Assembly (NCBI GenBank): GCA_965205335.1
Contig: OZ242164.1
Location: 864,001-928,000 of the forward strand
From: Candidatus Woesearchaeota archaeon
GTDB taxonomy: Archaea > Nanobdellota > Nanobdellia > Woesearchaeales > UBA583
Direction: 5' to 3'
DNA length: 64,000 bases
Shown one piece after another: positions 59,042 through 64,000 of the stretch. Made by a program: the position numbers and the translations under genes. Every line of letters begins with the position of its first letter. Positions within the stretch are counted from its first letter, which is position 1. The notes beneath the pieces are model-generated. The model was not told the origin of the DNA. It searched no databases and saw only the letters and a program-made list of their open reading frames with translations.

Positions 59042-60071
59042 GGCTCTGTCCGAAAATTAATTTTTTTAAGGAAGAAGAGATGAAAACACTATTTGATACT
59101 AAAACATTATTATTTTTCTTTTGAAAATTATCCAATTTTCATAGAAGAAAATTACATAAGAAAGTTTTTTTCTTATGTTATACCACAGAATATTCCATGC
59201 TATTTCTCTTTTTTTCATAAAATGTGTCCTACTTCTGATATTTAGTCCTTGAACTCTCTTCAGGGATGAAAACACACTCTCCACATTGTTCCTTTTATTG
59301 TATAATTCTTTATTTTTGTGATATTTTTGTTTGATTTTACAATGTTTAACGATATTATGTTTAGTTTTTCCATAATTTTTTGGCGGGAAAATCAAATCTA
59401 TATCTTTTTCTTTGAGATTTTCTAAATGATCAAAGGAAAAGTATCCTTTATCTGCGACAAGGACACTTTTCCTGACTTTTAATCTTTTGAAAAGTTTGTT
59501 TGCAACTTTTGAATCATGCTGATTCTTAACCAAGAAAGAAAAGTCTATTATTTGTTTAGAGCCTTGCACATCACAAATTATGTCTAATTTATGCCAAGGA
59601 GATTTGGGTTCAAATCGTATTCTATGTTTGTAATAAGTAGTTTTATGGTCTGCATCAATTCCCGAACCATCAATTGCTACAAGTTCTGGGTTGGAATTCT
59701 CTAAAGAAAATCTAATCAAATCTCGGATAAAAGAAACTGAGAAGGACTTTAACCAATCATGGAGAGTTGATTTTCCTGGAATATGTTTTAGTTGCAACCA
59801 ATGTTTCCAAGCAGTTAAAACGCCGTCTAAATTGCTTACGAACCTTCTAAGAGATTTTCCTGATTGGATATATAAGACTATTATAGCAACTCTTTGATAA
59901 TTATTAAAGAGTTTGCAACCCCTCACAAAATTGTGAGGCCTTAACCTTAAACTATGACAAAGTTTAAGTATTTCTTTATGTAAACTATTAGTAAAGTTGG
60001 TTGTCTTTAGCATAAAAAACTACCAACTTTACACTTTATTAATTCTTTGATTTGAATTTTCGGACAGAGCC
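59042..60071 (-). mobile_element. Complete IS5-family element (size and 8-bp DR fit the ISH1 subgroup)
   Basis: TIR GGCTCTGTCCGAAAATT/AATTTTCGGACAGAGCC; TSD AAATAATG at 59034-59041 and 60072-60079. Confidence 0.92.
59099..60013 (-). CDS. IS5-family DDE transposase
   Basis: AIDGSG, VADKGY, YNKRNNVESVFSSLKR. Confidence 0.92.
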   Translation of the reverse strand: MLKTTNFTNSLHKEILKLCHSLRLRPHNFVRGCKLFNNYQRVAIIVLYIQSGKSLRRFVSNLDGVLTAWKHWLQLKHIPGKSTLHDWLKSFSVSFIRDLIRFSLENSNPELVAIDGSGIDADHKTTYYKHRIRFEPKSPWHKLDIICDVQGSKQIIDFSFLVKNQHDSKVANKLFKRLKVRKSVLVADKGYFSFDHLENLKEKDIDLIFPPKNYGKTKHNIVKHCKIKQKYHKNKELYNKRNNVESVFSSLKRVQGLNIRSRTHFMKKREIAWNILWYNIRKKLSYVIFFYENWIIFKRKIIMF

Positions 60072-60076
60072 AAATA

Positions 60077-60787
60077 ATGGAAACATTTATTAATATAATT
60101 CTTATTTTTAATTCTATGCTAATTACATCTGATGGACATTTCCAACAAACTGAAATTGATTTATCACAAATTAGATTATATCAATTAGATAAGATTGGAG
60201 AGGGAAGACATAGAGAAGTATTTAGATTAAATGACAGATATGCGTTCAAAGTTTTGAAGCCAGAAATTAAAAGAAGTTATGGACCAATCCATAATATTAC
60301 TATTCCTGCTAATATATACACAAGACTTAGAGTTGGAACTACAGATTTTAACCAGTTTGAATATGATAAATATAAAGAATTTATTGAAAGAGTTCCTGTT
60401 GAAATGAGGAACAGATTTTCCCATATTCATTCTGTTGGGGAAATAGAGGAGAGAAGTTTTTCAATTTCAGATTTAGTAGTTAATAGCGATGGCAGTTTGA
60501 GTAGAACACTATTGCAATATGACAGGTTAGATGATGATAAATTTTGGAAAAGAATTAAAGAATTAGAAGAGATGTTAATAAGTTTAGATATTCCTTTCCT
60601 TGATGTTAGAGGAGGGAATATTGCAGTTAGAGAAGTGGCTGGGGAAGCATACCCAGTGCTAATAGATTTTAAGAGCCTTACTAGAAGACTTTATCCTCTT
60701 CAATTTTGGTTATTCTTCAAAGAACTATTATCTAGAAAAATGCAAAGAAGATTTGCAAGGATGAGAGAGAGACATAAACTAAGTTAA
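60077..60787 (+). CDS. Protein-kinase-like protein (YrbL-like)
   Basis: IGEGRHREVF, AFKV, DVRGGNIAV, VLIDF. Confidence 0.7.
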   Translation: METFINIILIFNSMLITSDGHFQQTEIDLSQIRLYQLDKIGEGRHREVFRLNDRYAFKVLKPEIKRSYGPIHNITIPANIYTRLRVGTTDFNQFEYDKYKEFIERVPVEMRNRFSHIHSVGEIEERSFSISDLVVNSDGSLSRTLLQYDRLDDDKFWKRIKELEEMLISLDIPFLDVRGGNIAVREVAGEAYPVLIDFKSLTRRLYPLQFWLFFKELLSRKMQRRFARMRERHKLS

Positions 60788-60905
60788 ACATAATTACGCA
60801 CAATCATATTTTTTATAAGTACTTTTCTAAACTTTTTTAAAACTACTTAATATTAGGATAAAAACTTAACTACAATATTTTTATTAAATATAACTACACT
60901 ATCTT

Positions 60906-61016
60906 ATGGACATTACAACAATCCTGATTGTTATAATTTTGGGGATCTTTGCAGGAATATTTACTGGTCTTATACCTGAGGTTCACATCAATACGACAAG
61001 GTTTAAAAAAGATTGA
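60906..61016 (+). pseudogene. N-terminal stub of a TctA/DUF112 membrane protein
   Basis: MDITTILIVIILGIFAGIFTGLIPEVHINT then a stop; degraded sequence follows. Confidence 0.6.
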
Positions 61017-61528
61017 CACATATCTTCTATTATTGATGCATACAATATCTTATTCACATCCTCGGGCTCAAGTGTTAGAATTGACAATGTTACAAGAAAT
61101 AATGTGTTTAGATTAAACAACAACTTACCAGAGATGGAAGATGCGTAAGAATCTTCAGTTTAGATTTATCTGGTTAAGATAAAGAGTTTTATCATTGGGG
61201 TATTATTGGAAGAGAAAATTATCGTCCAAAAGTAATTGATTTCTGGAGAAAAAAAGTAATAACAACTTATATGTTCAAAAAAAAGTCCAGAACAATATCA
61301 GAAGCAGAGATATGCTTAATTTTTTCTTTTTTTGTTAAATAATTTACAGTTTTTTAATACCATTTTCTATATAAGTAAATCAAGAAAAGTAGATGTAGAG
61401 TATTTTTTAACAGTCTTTTATATATTTTGTTGAATATACCAAGAGTTCATTTGATGAATGTATTAATTATTTCTGTAATATTTAATCTGATTTAAGTGAG
61501 TTTTAATAGCAATAGTAAAAATAAAAAA

Positions 61529-62905
61529 TCACTTTCTCATAAACCTTCTAAGCATTGAGAAATCATCCATACTCTCTCTTGCAAGAGTCTGATAGAACTG
61601 ATATATAATCATAATCATAAGCAAAATACCTGTTCCGCTTGTTAGTGCATACAGCAAATCCGCAGTTGATGCCAAAAGCCCAATACCAATACCTCCCATA
61701 ATTGTTAAAGGTATAATGTACCTATCCAAAATCTTTTCAATAATTCTCACATCCTTTCTAAAACCTGGGATTTGAAGTCCTGAATTAATAATCTGCTTTG
61801 CCTGAGACTTTGAATCCATTCCTGCTGTCTGAACCCAGAAATATGAAAAAATAGTAGCACCAATGACAAGAAAAACAGTATAAGAGAGCATATGAGTCCA
61901 AACATCGAATGTAAGAAAACTTTCTAAATTAACCCAGAAACTTTCTTCTGGTAGCTGGAGATAACTAATAATTGTAACGAATAATCCTTGCCCTTCCTCA
62001 AGTCCTCTCCAATTCGTCCAAAGACTTGACCAAAGAACCAGATTAGCACTAAGTGCTGAGATTAAAATAACTGGAATAACACCTGCATAGAAAAAATTTA
62101 AGGGCCATCTTATGCTCTGTCCTCTTATTCTTCCAAAAGATAGTGGAATTTCCACATTTACTGACTGAAAAAATACTATCAAAAAGAACAACCCAATTGT
62201 AACACAAACAGGACCTAAAACACTCGTTAGAAATGAATAAGTATCTCCTGTTGATAAAAAGTGCAGTCCTGCCCATAATGCCCCTACAGCAGTATCTGTA
62301 CCTCCAAATCCCCAACCTAAATCTCCTATCTGTGTAAACGGACTAAAAAAACGTAGAAATAATGCTTGTCCTATTCCTGCGGCTATAAAGAGCGAAACTC
62401 CACTTCCAAACCCCCATTTCTTAACAATCTCATCCATATAAACTACAATAAATCCCCCAAGGGCTAATTGAAGAGATACAATCCAAAATAATGAAGGACT
62501 CTGTGGGGTTACCGCACCAAATGCAACATATACAATTGACTCTACAATAATAAAAGCAAAAGTTAAGAGTTTTTGAGTTCCTGACCATATAAACTTTCCT
62601 TCCTCATTGTTTAAATCAATATTAATAATACCCGAACCTTTAAGCAACTGTAACACAATAGATGTAGTAACAATTGGCCCAATTCCCAGAGTTAGCAATT
62701 TTCCAATCTTTGCCCCAAGCAATAACTCCAGTGCTTGAAAATAATCTGATTGAGCTGCACTAATTCCATACAATGGAATTGATGCAAGAAATAAAAAAAG
62801 AATCAAAATCCCAAAAGTCCATATCAATCTCTTTTTCAGTGTCTGTTTCTTAGCTGGTGAAGAAACCTCTGGAAGACTCATTAATATATTCTTATAAAGT
62901 GACAT
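61529..62905 (-). CDS. secY: Preprotein translocase subunit SecY
   Basis: LGIGPIV, KWGFGSGVSLFI, GLQIPGFRKD, SGTGILL. Confidence 0.97.
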   Translation of the reverse strand: MSLYKNILMSLPEVSSPAKKQTLKKRLIWTFGILILFLFLASIPLYGISAAQSDYFQALELLLGAKIGKLLTLGIGPIVTTSIVLQLLKGSGIINIDLNNEEGKFIWSGTQKLLTFAFIIVESIVYVAFGAVTPQSPSLFWIVSLQLALGGFIVVYMDEIVKKWGFGSGVSLFIAAGIGQALFLRFFSPFTQIGDLGWGFGGTDTAVGALWAGLHFLSTGDTYSFLTSVLGPVCVTIGLFFLIVFFQSVNVEIPLSFGRIRGQSIRWPLNFFYAGVIPVILISALSANLVLWSSLWTNWRGLEEGQGLFVTIISYLQLPEESFWVNLESFLTFDVWTHMLSYTVFLVIGATIFSYFWVQTAGMDSKSQAKQIINSGLQIPGFRKDVRIIEKILDRYIIPLTIMGGIGIGLLASTADLLYALTSGTGILLMIMIIYQFYQTLARESMDDFSMLRRFMRK

Positions 62906-63034
62906 AAAATTTATTAAAATTAATATGTTTAAAAATCTTTGTTATCCAATTCATTGAACAGACTTTAAAACTAGAAACATAAAATTATAAAATAATAGAT
63001 TTCTTATTCAATACAGACACGAAAACTAAAAAAT

Positions 63035-63562
63035 TTATTTATCAGAATTAGAACTTTCCTCTGATTCACCTAAAACTTCCACTTTTCCACCTACCGCTTC
63101 AATCTGTGATTTAGCAGGCTCTGAAATATCATTGCATATAACTGTTAACTTTCTTGTAAACTTTCCTCGTCCTAAGATCTTATCAATCTTATATTTAGTT
63201 GAATCAAAAACATCATTTTCAATCATTTTAGAACTAACCATCTTTTCATAATTATCTTCAATATATGATAAAGACATTGTATTACTTGCCTTTTTATGAA
63301 CAGAATTAAATCCCCTTGTACCAAAATATTCATTACCAGCCTTTAATTTTGATAACTTAACTTCTTTCTTTGCTGAGATTGATTTAAGAATTGACTTAGC
63401 ATTTGATAATATACTTGTTTTCTTAGCATCTCCTCTCTTACCAGTACCAGACATTCCAATACCTCCTCTATTCCCAGCACCCCTGTGCTTTTTCTTATGT
63501 CCCCATCCATGTGAAGAACTTCCTCTCATTCTATGGGACTTTGACTTTTTATTCTTTAACAT
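63035..63562 (-). CDS. rpl15: 50S ribosomal protein uL15
   Basis: RGSSSHGWG..KHRGAGNRGG.G, KILGRG, IEAVGG; upstream of secY. Confidence 0.94.
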   Translation of the reverse strand: MLKNKKSKSHRMRGSSSHGWGHKKKHRGAGNRGGIGMSGTGKRGDAKKTSILSNAKSILKSISAKKEVKLSKLKAGNEYFGTRGFNSVHKKASNTMSLSYIEDNYEKMVSSKMIENDVFDSTKYKIDKILGRGKFTRKLTVICNDISEPAKSQIEAVGGKVEVLGESEESSNSDK

Positions 63563-63605
63563 AAAAAAAGAAACAAAATACAGTTTATAAATATTAAGGT
63601 AGTAT

Positions 63606-64000
63606 GGCTCTGTCCGAAAATTAATTTTTTTAAGGAAGAAGAGATGAAAACACTATTTGATACTAAAACATTATTATTTTTCTTTTGAAAATTATCCAAT
63701 TTTCATAGAAGAAAATTACATAAGAAAGTTTTTTTCTTATGTTATACCACAGAATATTCCATGCTATTTCTCTTTTTTTCATAAAATGTGTCCTACTTCT
63801 GATATTTAGTCCTTGAACTCTCTTCAGGGATGAAAACACACTCTCCACATTGTTCCTTTTATTGTATAATTCTTTATTTTTGTGATATTTTTGTTTGATT
63901 TTACAATGCTTAACGATATTATGTTTAGTTTTTCCATAATTTTTTGGCGGGAAAATCAAATCTATATCTTTTTCTTTGAGATTTTCTAAATGATCAAAGG
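63606..64000 (-). mobile_element. Second copy of the IS5-family element (runs off the window end)
   Basis: Nearly identical to 59042 onward; one synonymous difference seen (aatgttta vs aatgctta). Confidence 0.92.

Larger units (their letters stand above)
58924..60887. repeat. About 78-bp diverged direct repeats (58924-59001 and 60809-60887) flanking IS5 and the kinase-like gene
   Basis: Both contain ttttttataa..ctaaacttttttaaaa..acttaat..aggataaaa..tatttttattaa. Confidence 0.7.

Noticed and set aside
61017-61528. Possible gene or ncRNA between the tctA stub and secY
   Set aside because: Only short broken frames with no recognisable motif or structure; probably decayed DNA.

Overview
AT-rich, gene-dense chromosomal segment of an archaeon, very probably a DPANN lineage (Woesearchaeota/Nanoarchaeota-like). 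This rests on archaeal informational genes (tfb, eif2g, rpl34e, pelA, nac, gatD, radB, secY, Sec61beta, rpl15, tRNA-Gly), bacterial-type gyrA/xth/msrAB, almost no biosynthetic genes and many orphan surface proteins. Main points: (1) three predicted peptidoglycan-cleaving enzymes in an organism with no peptidoglycan, namely a Zn M15A peptidase fused to a class III (pilin-type) signal peptide and two tandem surface-anchored lytic transglycosylases; (2) a two-gene split homologue of the eukaryotic ribosomal prolyl hydroxylase OGFOD1/Tpa1; (3) an unannotated five-gene operon with a duplicated membrane-protein/helical-protein module around a classic-clade AAA ATPase; (4) an Rqc2/NFACT gene split into halves 24 kb apart; (5) two copies of an IS5-family element, MITEs sharing its ends, a disrupted IS481 and a MITE-bounded islet of decayed defence genes; (6) a BsaWI-like type II R-M system next to tRNA-Gly. 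All family assignments come from motif recognition by eye; no database searches were run.
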